Origin: Candidatus Brevefilum sp.
GTDB taxonomy: Bacteria; Chloroflexota; Anaerolineae; Anaerolineales; Anaerolineaceae
Reading direction: 5' to 3'
NCBI GenBank assembly: GCA_050953525.1
Contig: JBMNMW010000004.1
Coordinates: 1,539 to 65,538, forward strand
DNA: 64,000 nucleotides
Under the pieces are notes generated by a model. The model saw only the letters and a program-made list of their open reading frames with translations. It did not search any database and was not told the origin of the DNA. The position numbers and the translations under genes were made by a program. How positions within the stretch are numbered: position 1 is the stretch's first letter; each line of letters starts with the position of its first letter. Below, piece by piece: positions 9,173 to 18,774 of this stretch.

Positions 9173-10255
9173 GTGAGGAAGGGTTTGAAGGTCGTAACGG
9201 TAGTTGGCGCGCGTCCTCAATTCATTAAAGCCGCTTCTGTCAGCCGTTTACTCAAGACAGTTGCGAATGAGGTCATCCTTCACACCGGTCAGCACTATGA
9301 TATCAACCTCTCACAGGTGTTTTTCGAGGAATTAGATATTCCTGAGCCGGACTACAACCTTGGTGTGGGATCAGGACCGCATGGCGCTCAGACGGGCGAA
9401 ATGCTGGCAAAGATTGAAGCTGTGCTGCAGAAAGAAAGCCCCGATAGGGTTTTAGTTTATGGGGACACCAATTCAACCCTTGCCGGTGCGCTGGCTGCGG
9501 TAAAAACAGGAATTCGGATTGCTCATGTTGAAGCCGGCTTACGGAGCTACAATCGCCGGATGCCTGAAGAGATCAACCGTGTATTGACTGATCACATTTC
9601 GGATTTGCTGTTCTGTCCTGGTGATGCTGCTGTCGAGAACCTTCGTAAGGAGGGAATCACTAAATCTGTTTATGTTGTTGGGGATGTGATGGCAGATTCA
9701 CTTGCCTATGCGGTTGAAAAGGCGGAGGGTTCATCAACGATACTGGGTCACCTGGGGATTAAACCTGGCGAGTTTTACCTCGCAACCGTTCACCGGGCTG
9801 AAAACACGGATGACCCTGAACGACTTGAGAATATTTTAAAAGCGCTTACCGGTTTAGATTTACCGGTGGTTTTTCCGCTTCACCCCAGAACCAAACAGGC
9901 GATTGAAACCTTCAAAATGACGGCGTATCTCGATCAACCCGGTATGGTCGTCATCACGCCTGTGGGTTATCTTGACATGATTCACCTTGAAATGTCGGCA
10001 AAAATGATTCTCACAGATTCGGGTGGAATCCAAAAAGAAGCCTATTGGCTATCGGTTCCCTGCGTGACTTTGCGAGATGAAACCGAATGGATTGAGACAG
10101 TGCAATTGGGCTGGAACGTCCTTGCCGGGGGAAATGATCGATCAATTGTTGAAAAAGTCCTTGGTTTTTCTATCCCTCTGGAACATCCTGAATTGTATGG
10201 ATCCGGGCAGGCAAGTCAGAAAATCGTTGACCACCTCTTGTCTGCGAATTGCTGA
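9173..10255 (+). CDS. wecB: UDP-N-acetylhexosamine 2-epimerase (non-hydrolysing; WecB/WbpI)
   Basis: VGARPQFIK, HTGQHYD, VYGDTNSTLAG, HVEAGLRS, TDSGGIQKEA, LRDETEW. GTG start. Confidence 0.9.
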   Translation: MRKGLKVVTVVGARPQFIKAASVSRLLKTVANEVILHTGQHYDINLSQVFFEELDIPEPDYNLGVGSGPHGAQTGEMLAKIEAVLQKESPDRVLVYGDTNSTLAGALAAVKTGIRIAHVEAGLRSYNRRMPEEINRVLTDHISDLLFCPGDAAVENLRKEGITKSVYVVGDVMADSLAYAVEKAEGSSTILGHLGIKPGEFYLATVHRAENTDDPERLENILKALTGLDLPVVFPLHPRTKQAIETFKMTAYLDQPGMVVITPVGYLDMIHLEMSAKMILTDSGGIQKEAYWLSVPCVTLRDETEWIETVQLGWNVLAGGNDRSIVEKVLGFSIPLEHPELYGSGQASQKIVDHLLSANC

Positions 10256-10299
10256 GATGGAATTTAAACCTTTGACGCCTGGAGTATTCTGAAATTCTG

Positions 10300-11352
10300 A
10301 TGGCTAAACCACCTAAACGCATCCTTGTCGATATCGGACATCCAGCCCATGTGCATTTATTTCGCAATGCCATCAAAATCTGGCAGGCGCATGGTCATGA
10401 TGTGACCATCACATCCCGTGAAAAGGATATTACAGGCACATTGCTGTCTGCCTATGGGTTATCCTATGAAGTTGCCTCAAAAGCCAGGAAGGGCGCCCTG
10501 GGCCTTGCCTATGAGATGCTCGAACATGATTACGGCGTGCTCAAAGCAGCAATTCAACACCAAAGCCAGATATTGATCGGTACCTCTGTCGCCATCAGCC
10601 ATGTGGCGCCCCTGATTGGCGCAAAGTCGGTGGTGTTTAATGAGGATGATGCGTCTGTTGCAAAAGCATTTGTGCGATTGTCCTATCCTATGGCGCACAG
10701 GATTGTAACGCCCTCTGTACTGAATGAAGACCACGGGAAGAAACATATCACGTATGATGGCTACCAAAAATTAGCCTACTTGCATCCCAATTATTTTTCC
10801 CCTGACCCTGCCATAAAATGCAAGTTAGGAGTGGAACAGGATGAAGACTATTTTTTGTTGAGATTTGTCACCCATCAGGCTGCCCATGACGTGGGGGAAT
10901 TTGGCATAGGCAAGGATTTGCAGCTCCGGTTGATCGACCTGTTAAGCAAGTATGGCAAGGTATTCATCACCAGCGAGGGAGAACTTCCCAGGGAATTATT
11001 GCCCTATAAGATCCAAATAGCGCCTGTTGATATTCACCACGCGCTGGCTTTTGCAAAAATATTTATTGGGGACAGCCAATCGATGAATGTTGAAGCAGCC
11101 ATCCTGGGCGTGCCATCCTTACGGATCAATTCTTTTGCGGATCGATGTTCCGTCTTACAGGAATTGCAGAATAAATATAACCTTACCCAGGCTTTCTTTC
11201 CATCACAGGAAGACAGGATTTTTGGCGCCATCAGGGAATGGCTCAAAGATGAAAACCTGAACATCAGGTGGCGAAAAAAGCAAGAAATGATGCTCAATGA
11301 AAAAATCGACGTCACACCCTGGATGGTGGCGTTCATTGAGAATTTAGAATAG
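10300..11352 (+). CDS. DUF354 family protein (putative GT-B fold)
   Basis: N-terminal ILVDIGHPAHVHLF, YQKLAYLHPNYF.PD, FIGDSQSM..EAAILGVP. Confidence 0.85.
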   Translation: MAKPPKRILVDIGHPAHVHLFRNAIKIWQAHGHDVTITSREKDITGTLLSAYGLSYEVASKARKGALGLAYEMLEHDYGVLKAAIQHQSQILIGTSVAISHVAPLIGAKSVVFNEDDASVAKAFVRLSYPMAHRIVTPSVLNEDHGKKHITYDGYQKLAYLHPNYFSPDPAIKCKLGVEQDEDYFLLRFVTHQAAHDVGEFGIGKDLQLRLIDLLSKYGKVFITSEGELPRELLPYKIQIAPVDIHHALAFAKIFIGDSQSMNVEAAILGVPSLRINSFADRCSVLQELQNKYNLTQAFFPSQEDRIFGAIREWLKDENLNIRWRKKQEMMLNEKIDVTPWMVAFIENLE

Positions 11353-11367
11353 GGTTATCAGGAAACG

Positions 11368-12426
11368 ATGAAACTGATTGTGATCTGCGGGATGAGCGAT
11401 GACAAGGTGAGAGCAAGTCTTTTACCTTTGGTATCACTTGAACAGGTTGAAAAAATTCTGCTGATCAGGCGTTCGCCCCTGGCAATGGAAAAGGTCAAAA
11501 GCTACAGTCCGCCCGCGGTGATGCGATGGTCGTTAATCCTGGCTGAGATCTATCGCTTTTTTGCATTGTTCATTCTGTCCATTAAAGAACAACCGACGTC
11601 TATTTACGCGATTTACTTTGTGCCCCATGGCATTTACGCGGGTCTGGTTGGCAGGTTTTTACAAATCCCGGTTATCCATGAATTGATTGGAACAGATCGC
11701 CCAAAGGTCACCAAGAGAAAATGTTTTCAAAAATTGTTATCTCAGGGCAAACGAATTGGTGTGAGGGGCACCGTTTCACGGGATCAACTTGTGTCTTTGG
11801 GGATCCCGAAAGAAAAGTTTTTTATCTCCAATGCGGTTAATATTCTGGATTTTGAATTGTTTGCCCCCGGCTCAGGTGAGAAGAAGTTTGATCTGATTTA
11901 CTGCGGATATATGGATCACAACAAACGGGTTGACATCATCATCGATGCTTTTATTGAACTCCAAAAATCACACCCGGAGCTGTCCATCCTGCTGATCGGA
12001 GATGGACCCGAACGGCAGAAACTTGAAAGCCGGGTGGCGCAGGCAGGATTACAAAACCAGGCTATTTTCGTGGGCAAACAGCCCCCTGAAACGATCTCTG
12101 GTTTTCTCAATCAAGCACGTATATTCGTGATGGCATCCATGTTTGAAGGGCTGCCGGTCGCCATGATCGAGGCTTTGAGTTGCGGCTTGCCCGTTGTGAT
12201 GCCGGATGTGGGCGATATTAAAGATATTACTATCCACGACTTTAATGGCTTGCTTTTCGATCAGAACAATTCAAGTGGAATGTATGATGCCTTATCTCGT
12301 CTGGTGGGTTGTGAAGACCTTTACCATAAACTTCGAGAGGGCGCATTGAAAACGAGAGAGAGGTTTATTGAGGATTTCACGATTGCAGGCGTTCAAAAAA
12401 CCTGGAATGAGATTCTTAATCATTGA
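11368..12426 (+). CDS. GT4 glycosyltransferase
   Basis: LIGDGPER, FVMASMFEGLPVAMIEALSCGLPVV (EX7E). Confidence 0.9.
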   Translation: MKLIVICGMSDDKVRASLLPLVSLEQVEKILLIRRSPLAMEKVKSYSPPAVMRWSLILAEIYRFFALFILSIKEQPTSIYAIYFVPHGIYAGLVGRFLQIPVIHELIGTDRPKVTKRKCFQKLLSQGKRIGVRGTVSRDQLVSLGIPKEKFFISNAVNILDFELFAPGSGEKKFDLIYCGYMDHNKRVDIIIDAFIELQKSHPELSILLIGDGPERQKLESRVAQAGLQNQAIFVGKQPPETISGFLNQARIFVMASMFEGLPVAMIEALSCGLPVVMPDVGDIKDITIHDFNGLLFDQNNSSGMYDALSRLVGCEDLYHKLREGALKTRERFIEDFTIAGVQKTWNEILNH

Positions 12427-12459
12427 TATGAACTGTCCTTTCCCAAGAAAACATAGAAC

Positions 12460-13563
12460 ATGGTGAACCATAACCCAGAGAAACGTCCCGTGATACTGAT
12501 CGTGATTGGCAGCCTTGGCGCCGGGGGGAAGGAAAGACAATTGATCGGTCTTCTGAAGTCACTGCAATTACAGAAAAAATACCATACTGTATTGGCTGTG
12601 ATGAATCCCGACGGGTTGAGAGAAAAAGAAGCATCTGAGTTTGCTGATGAACTGATCAATATCTCCTGGAAACCAGGGATAGGAATTCTATCTTCAATTT
12701 CTGCTTTGATCAGGATTGTAAAAAAGTCCAGCGTAAAAATTATTCACAGTTGGGGTAGTGGAAGCTGGGATATGGTCAGCCTGATTGTGGCAAAATGGTG
12801 CCGTATCCCATTTTTGCACAACGGCATTCGATCTGCGCCGGGCAGGTTGAAGGGGTCTGACCAGTTGACCAGAATCAGCGCCATCTTTGCGGATAGGATT
12901 GTTGCTAATTCAAATGCCGGTTTGAAAGCACACAAACTGGATAAGCATCCTGAGGCAAAGGTCATTTATAACGGGATGGACACAGAGCGTTTTACTCCCT
13001 ACAGGTCAATTGCAGAGGATAATAATCTGTGTATGGTCGCAAATTTTCGCGTTGAAAAAGATCATCAAACGATGATCATGGCGCTTGATTGCATAAGGAA
13101 GTCGATCCCATCGGTAATGCTCTATCTTGTGGGTCACGACTTTGGTACCTTATCAGCCATTCAAAGCATGGTAAATAATCTTAACCTTCAAGACAATGTT
13201 ACTTTTATTACGGATACACTTCACCCTGAACCCTATATTGCAAAAAGTAAAATCGGTATTCTGGCGACGCATGGCGAAGGCATTTCAAATGTTTTGCTGG
13301 AGTACATGGGCTTGTGCAAACCGGTTATCGTGTCTGATAACAGTGGGAACCCGGAGGTCGTTGAAGATGGGGTCAACGGATATCTAATCTCACCAGGATC
13401 AGCTGAAGAATTGTGTGAAAGCGTGGTAGAACTTTCCACGCATCCTGAGCTTTTGAAAAAGATGGGAATGGAAGGAAGGAGAATCCTTGAGGAAAAGTTC
13501 TCCATTCCCAAAATGCTGAATGCTTATGATGAAACCTATATGGAATTAATCAATCAAGAATGA
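12460..13563 (+). CDS. GT4 glycosyltransferase
   Basis: SLGAGGKERQL, VIYNG, EGISNVLLEYMGLCKPVIVSD..GNPE. Confidence 0.9.
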   Translation: MVNHNPEKRPVILIVIGSLGAGGKERQLIGLLKSLQLQKKYHTVLAVMNPDGLREKEASEFADELINISWKPGIGILSSISALIRIVKKSSVKIIHSWGSGSWDMVSLIVAKWCRIPFLHNGIRSAPGRLKGSDQLTRISAIFADRIVANSNAGLKAHKLDKHPEAKVIYNGMDTERFTPYRSIAEDNNLCMVANFRVEKDHQTMIMALDCIRKSIPSVMLYLVGHDFGTLSAIQSMVNNLNLQDNVTFITDTLHPEPYIAKSKIGILATHGEGISNVLLEYMGLCKPVIVSDNSGNPEVVEDGVNGYLISPGSAEELCESVVELSTHPELLKKMGMEGRRILEEKFSIPKMLNAYDETYMELINQE

Positions 13564-13688
13564 AAGACTGCCTGGCGATTCTGGATTGAAACTCACCTGC
13601 AACCCGGAAATTTGAACAGAAAAGCCTGTCCGAGTCTTTTGTGGCTTATGGACGGGTTTGAAGTCGAACTTACTTTTTAGCCTTAAAT

Positions 13689-14648
13689 TTAGAAACCGGT
13701 TACCACCCTTTTGTTGTGCCGGTGGATCTCCCACAGCTTGAAGATGCCTAAACGTTTGAAGAAATGATATTCAAGCCTTGGTAACAATGGAAGGCGGTCG
13801 TACAATTCTTTGAAATCCGGATCCTGCTCATTTATGAGAAGCAAGATCTCAACGAGGATCGGGTTATGTTTTTTCTGAATGAGTTTATGATATTGATAAT
13901 TTGTTTCCTGGTCGAAACCGTCGGTTACTCTGATTGATCTCTTCAGGTTGTTTACCCTGCGTTCATAGCTCTTGACATTTCTGTTCGTCCATGAGCCAGG
14001 CACATTGTACCGATATACGGAAGTGACCCGATCAAGATATTGGATCTTACCGTGAATTATGGCTAACAAAGGAACAGTCAGATCCCAGATTTGAGAATAA
14101 TGATACCAATCCGGTGTGTTCTGGTAAATGGATCGCTGAACCACTGCCGACCCCATATCGACCATACGCCCACCCATTGCGATCACATCTTTCATGTTGG
14201 CCACCGCATCGTGTTTCCGATACCGATGGATTTGAGGTTCCCGGTTGTCAGAGAAAATTCGTTTGGATGCGGCAAAGCACATGGATACGTCAGGATGCGC
14301 TTCCATAAAATCTACCTGGGTTTGCAGTTTCATTGGGTCGATCCAGTAATCGTCAGCCTCAAGATATGCGATATATTTCCCTTTTGCCCTGGGAATGTTA
14401 AAACAGGCATTGACTTCAAACCCCTGTGAAAATTGATTTTCTACCTGGAGGACCGGGAAGATCAAGTCGGGGTATTTTTGAGCATATTCTCGAATGATCT
14501 CTTGCGTACCATCACTTGATGCGTCATCATGGATGAGGATTTCATATTTGAAATCAACTTGCTGCATCAGGCAGCTCTCGAGAGCTTCCCGGATGAAAGG
14601 TTCCTGGTTAAAGGCAACAAGGCTGATACTGACTAACGGTTTTTCCAT
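13689..14648 (-). CDS. GT2 glycosyltransferase
   Basis: LVSISLVAFNQ, ILIHDDASSDGT, YIAYLEADDYW.DP.KLQ.Q. Confidence 0.9.
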   Translation of the reverse strand: MEKPLVSISLVAFNQEPFIREALESCLMQQVDFKYEILIHDDASSDGTQEIIREYAQKYPDLIFPVLQVENQFSQGFEVNACFNIPRAKGKYIAYLEADDYWIDPMKLQTQVDFMEAHPDVSMCFAASKRIFSDNREPQIHRYRKHDAVANMKDVIAMGGRMVDMGSAVVQRSIYQNTPDWYHYSQIWDLTVPLLAIIHGKIQYLDRVTSVYRYNVPGSWTNRNVKSYERRVNNLKRSIRVTDGFDQETNYQYHKLIQKKHNPILVEILLLINEQDPDFKELYDRLPLLPRLEYHFFKRLGIFKLWEIHRHNKRVVTGF

Positions 14649-16114
14649 AATATTCCCTTAATTTTCAATGTCAGGCTTGCGAAAAAATGTTTCAGAATGG
14701 ATAAGACTTCTTCCAGGTCCGGCGATTTCATAATCTTATTGACCAGGTAATAAGTTAATATACCCATAAAAACCTGAACAATTAATCGGATGAAGATAAT
14801 TTCGATGTTTAATTTCCCAATCAAGAAAACCACAATCCCCATGACCAGTGAGGCAAAAACAGGCATGAGAATATCCATAAACTGATCTCTCAGGCTGTAA
14901 TCAACGAGTTTTCCAGCAAAATAGCTGGCAGCGATGTGGGAAATATATGCAACAGCGATTTGTCCGTAAATCAATGCGAGGATTCCATGCTTGTAGGTTA
15001 GCAGGATCGCAATAGCAGTCATTGAATATTTGAATACTTCCAATCTGAGATGGTAATCTGAACGTCCTTTGATGCGAAGCATATTGTAATTTTGAACAAC
15101 CATTGGGAACAAAACCCCAATCGTACAAAGCAATTGGAAATAGGGGACGCTTGGTGCCCATTTTTCAGTCAGGAGAAATAGAAATAACGGTTTGGCTATA
15201 ACAATCAAGCCGATCATGATCGGAAGAATGATAAATGTAGATAATCGAATGGCTTTACTGTGGACTTTCTTCAGGGTGTCATTCTGATCCTGATAGGGTG
15301 AAAAAGATGAAAAGATGACCTGACCAAGCGCCATGCTTCCTGCCACTGAAACCGCTGATTCCATGGTTTGCGCCCTTGAATAGTAGCCGAGATCAGCCGC
15401 GGAATAGGTTTTGCCAATAAAAGTTTGATAAACGTTTTTAAATATCGTTTCGATGATACCGGCGATAAACAACCTTGAGCCGAATGAATACATGGATCGT
15501 AAAGATTGATATGAGAATTCGAGGGTTGGACGCCATTTGCTCAGAAACCACAATAACGCAACCTGTGCCAGGCTGAAAGTCAGACTCTGGACCACAAGGC
15601 TCCACACGCCCAGGCCGGCATAAGCTGCAATTATTCCGCCCACCCCGGAAAAAAGAACGGCGAAGATGCTCACAGTAAAATGCTTTTTGAAGTCAAGATT
15701 TTTCTTCAAAAGTGAGAGCTGAACAAGACTGAATGCATTGATGATCAGGGTCAGTGAAAGGACGCGGGTCAGAGATGTGAGGATTGGTTGATTGAAGAAT
15801 TTGGCAATGTAAGGAGCAAAAACGAAAAGGATGCCAAACAAAAAAATACCAATCAACAAATTAAAATAAAATATTGAGGATGAATCGGTTTCGGTTGCAT
15901 CCTTTTTCTGAATGAGGGCGCTTCCAAAGCCGCTATCGGATATGGATTGGGCAATGCTGGTAAATATGGCAAGCATTCCGATAAGTCCGAACTGAGAAGG
16001 CTCAAGAAGTCTGGCGAGGATAATCGAAATCACCATATGAATGACCTGTAAACTCAGGCGTTCGGTAACCGACCATGCCATATTGTTAATCGTTTTTTGT
16101 TTAATATTTGACAT
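14633..16114 (-). CDS. wzx: Wzx/MOP polysaccharide flippase (WzxC-like)
   Basis: 493 aa, many TM segments, ARLL.P..FGLIGML, DSGFGSALIQKK, LGYYSRAQ. Confidence 0.85.
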   Translation of the reverse strand: MSNIKQKTINNMAWSVTERLSLQVIHMVISIILARLLEPSQFGLIGMLAIFTSIAQSISDSGFGSALIQKKDATETDSSSIFYFNLLIGIFLFGILFVFAPYIAKFFNQPILTSLTRVLSLTLIINAFSLVQLSLLKKNLDFKKHFTVSIFAVLFSGVGGIIAAYAGLGVWSLVVQSLTFSLAQVALLWFLSKWRPTLEFSYQSLRSMYSFGSRLFIAGIIETIFKNVYQTFIGKTYSAADLGYYSRAQTMESAVSVAGSMALGQVIFSSFSPYQDQNDTLKKVHSKAIRLSTFIILPIMIGLIVIAKPLFLFLLTEKWAPSVPYFQLLCTIGVLFPMVVQNYNMLRIKGRSDYHLRLEVFKYSMTAIAILLTYKHGILALIYGQIAVAYISHIAASYFAGKLVDYSLRDQFMDILMPVFASLVMGIVVFLIGKLNIEIIFIRLIVQVFMGILTYYLVNKIMKSPDLEEVLSILKHFFASLTLKIKGILWKNR

Positions 16115-16162
16115 TAATTATCTAAAGTGTTGTCCTCTCAAAGTCTGATTGCGAGGGATAGT

Positions 16163-16403
16163 ATACCATTAACCAAAATTTAGCTGCTTAACATCGATGC
16201 GTTTTTTGTCATTTTTCTCTTTGACGGAAAACCGCGTGCAGAAATAATCCGATCTCTTTGAAGTGTTATTGGCTGTTCATGACCTGAAATGTGACCATTC
16301 GCTGGCGCTGATCATTATTTACCCCATACCAGCGCGACTCTCCATGACATGATGTTGGCGAACAAGGTGATATGATTATTTCGCCAATACCATTAACCAA
16401 AAT
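16163..16403. repeat. 17-bp exact direct repeat ATACCATTAACCAAAAT at 16163-16179 and 16387-16403
   Basis: Read directly. One copy is in the wzx upstream region; the other is in the last codons of the methyltransferase. Confidence 0.9.
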
Positions 16404-17056
16404 CCGCCAATTAATTTCGCTGCAAAATCTTGATTGATCGCATAAAGCGTTTTCCAGAGATAATCCCGCAGACCAGGATCTGGTTTGTCTACGTATCGGC
16501 TGACATAAGAATAGTTCACAATCTGATAGCCTGTGCCCTGTAAGGTGCCTAAGGCTGTTTCTTTATTGAAATGATGGAGATGACTGCGTATATATTCTTT
16601 ATTTTGCATGGTGCGGCTGCGCAGCAAGTAGTAGATGGTGATCTGCAGGGGGATGTAAAACACTTTATATTCCCCTTTGAGGCGCAATTTGCTCAGGAAA
16701 CCTAAATGGTCTCGAACGTGTGTAAACACATTAATGGCCATGACCACATCAAAATATTCATCCAATTTCAGGAGATCTTGCTGGTAATAATGGAGATTTT
16801 CCTTTTCGCGTAACTTGCAAAGAGAAAACCCCTCATCCTCTGTTTCGTACCCGGAAAAGATAACATTTTGGTCATAATGATTGGCTAAATTCGAAAGAAC
16901 GCTTCCATCTCCACAACCTATTTCGCCGATGGTTTTGGGGTTGACACGGTTTTCACTCAAAATATTGAAAATTTTCTCCGCTTTCCAGGGCGAATCTTCT
17001 TCGTGCCAATGACGTTTTTTAGGCATTACTGGTTCGTTTTCAATGTAATCTGTCAT
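16376..17056 (-). CDS. Class I SAM-dependent methyltransferase
   Basis: Motif I IGEIGCGDG, FDVVMAINVFTHV.DHL.FL. Confidence 0.85.
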   Translation of the reverse strand: MTDYIENEPVMPKKRHWHEEDSPWKAEKIFNILSENRVNPKTIGEIGCGDGSVLSNLANHYDQNVIFSGYETEDEGFSLCKLREKENLHYYQQDLLKLDEYFDVVMAINVFTHVRDHLGFLSKLRLKGEYKVFYIPLQITIYYLLRSRTMQNKEYIRSHLHHFNKETALGTLQGTGYQIVNYSYVSRYVDKPDPGLRDYLWKTLYAINQDFAAKLIGGFWLMVLAK

Positions 17057-17100
17057 TTTTATTAAATCCTTAACAGCCCGTATTGAACAGGAAATTCATC

Positions 17101-18306
17101 TTAATATTTCTTGATATCCGGGAACATGACAATAAACTCACCATCGTACTGTCCCTTCAGTGACTCGATAATGTAATCTTTGAAGTTGTGGGCAAGGATG
17201 AGAATGTAGTCAACTTTGTTTTGTTGGAGGTGTTCCCGAGAAACCACCTCAATGCCTGTTCCTGGAATGAACATACCCTGTTTATAAGGCGTATCATCCA
17301 CAACGAATTCGATCATTGAATCATCAATGCCGACCGAATTTAAAAATACACATCCTTTTGCTGCCGCGCCAAAACCTGCAATTCTCTTATGGTTGGAAAC
17401 GAGGTCGGAAATGTAATTTTTGAACTCATTGATCTTTTCAAGGGTTCGCCTGCCCCACCTGACGCAAAATTCCTCGGTTATTGTTTTTTCAAGGTTCAAA
17501 AATGATGGCAAGGTGATGTCAGGTTTTCTGCTCGCGGATTTCTTTGTCATCAAGACACGCAGTGTGCCGGCATGCATATCATGGTATGAAACGTTGACAA
17601 CCTTCAGCCCTTCCTGGTCGGAAAGGTCAAGGAGGTTTTGCAAACAGAAATAATAGACATGCTCATGATAAATCTGATCGTAATTGTCATTAAGTAGGGT
17701 GGTTAGAATGTATGGAAATTCGAGACACCAAACCCCATCATTGGCGAGGTTGCGAAAAACTCCCTTCACAAAGGATCGGATGGGCTCGGTATGCTGAAAG
17801 ACGTTGGTTGATGTGATCAGTTTTGCTGGTTGAGGAAAATCGGTGTTTTCGCCAAAATACTCATTGAAATAATCGATTCCAGCGGCATCGTTCATTTCTT
17901 TGAAACTTTGACTGGCATCCACATTGACAAATTTTAAATTGGGATTTTTCTTTTTAAATTCCAGAAGCAAAGAGCCATCATTACCGCCAATGTCTGCGAC
18001 AACATCTCCGGATTGAAGATCAACAAAATCCGTAAGATAATCGTACATCTGAGAACAATGCTGAAGATAGGGCTTATTAACGCTGGAGCGATACAGGTAG
18101 TTCCGGAACAATTTATCTTTATCAACAATATCAGTTAGACAGGTAAGCTTGCTTTCAGAAAATAGCTGGATCGCGAGTGGAAATTTTTCAACATTAAGCG
18201 ATTCTTCTTTTGTTGCGCTCAGATTGTTGACGAGGGGGACAGGTCCGAGGTTGAGGTATTCAACACTTCTTGAGCTGCCACTGATAGGGCAATTTGTTAT
18301 CTTCAT
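17101..18306 (-). CDS. NDP-sugar C-methyltransferase family protein (TcaB9/EryBIII-like architecture)
   Basis: LG..PL.NN, Y.Y.SS, DIGGNDGSLL, NVFQH, YDQIYHEHVYYF, C-terminal GFGAAAKG...VDDTPYKQG.FIPGTGI. The start was placed at the second ATG because the first lies too close to the -10 box. Confidence 0.8.
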   Translation of the reverse strand: MKITNCPISGSSRSVEYLNLGPVPLVNNLSATKEESLNVEKFPLAIQLFSESKLTCLTDIVDKDKLFRNYLYRSSVNKPYLQHCSQMYDYLTDFVDLQSGDVVADIGGNDGSLLLEFKKKNPNLKFVNVDASQSFKEMNDAAGIDYFNEYFGENTDFPQPAKLITSTNVFQHTEPIRSFVKGVFRNLANDGVWCLEFPYILTTLLNDNYDQIYHEHVYYFCLQNLLDLSDQEGLKVVNVSYHDMHAGTLRVLMTKKSASRKPDITLPSFLNLEKTITEEFCVRWGRRTLEKINEFKNYISDLVSNHKRIAGFGAAAKGCVFLNSVGIDDSMIEFVVDDTPYKQGMFIPGTGIEVVSREHLQQNKVDYILILAHNFKDYIIESLKGQYDGEFIVMFPDIKKY

Positions 18307-18317
18307 AGCAGGCATTT

Positions 18318-18345
18318 ATTATAACCATCCATAAGTCATTGTCAA
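18318..18345 (-). promoter_or_regulatory. Consensus sigma70 promoter for the C-methyltransferase
   Basis: Minus-strand TTGACA-16 bp-TATAAT, ending 11 nt before the ATG at 18306. Confidence 0.75.
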
Positions 18346-18774
18346 ACCTCAGATTTAGCGTCAAAATGCAGGTCATGATCTTGCATGATCTTTTTTAGGG
18401 AGAAAGATAATCGTTGAAAAATGATTATCGGGCACCAAATTCATGTGTTTATTATACCAATAAAACTGAATACCTTTAGCCAAGGAAACCCAGTCATCTT
18501 TCCACATGAATGATTTGTCTGACAAACTCATAAACTTCTCCGTGGTAAAAAATACGAATTGGTACTGCTCATTTCTCGTCAACGAAGTCATTTTGTATGA
18601 TTTTTTCAGGCATCTGTTCAATCATCTCCTTTGACAAGGGAAACACTATTTCTTTATGTTCACTGTCAATCTCAGTTATAATAACTTTGACCGAAATGAA
18701 TGTTCAATGGACAGAACATTGTTTTTTCCAACACCGTACAAAGGTCGTTGTTTGCAGCAATTCGAGGTGTTTTT

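Noticed and set aside
18373-18700. 82-aa minus-strand ORF and a startless protein-like fragment (EIVFPLSKEMIEQ...) in the gap before the SAF gene
   Set aside because: No RBS or recognisable motif. It could be a gene remnant, but this cannot be supported without a homology search.
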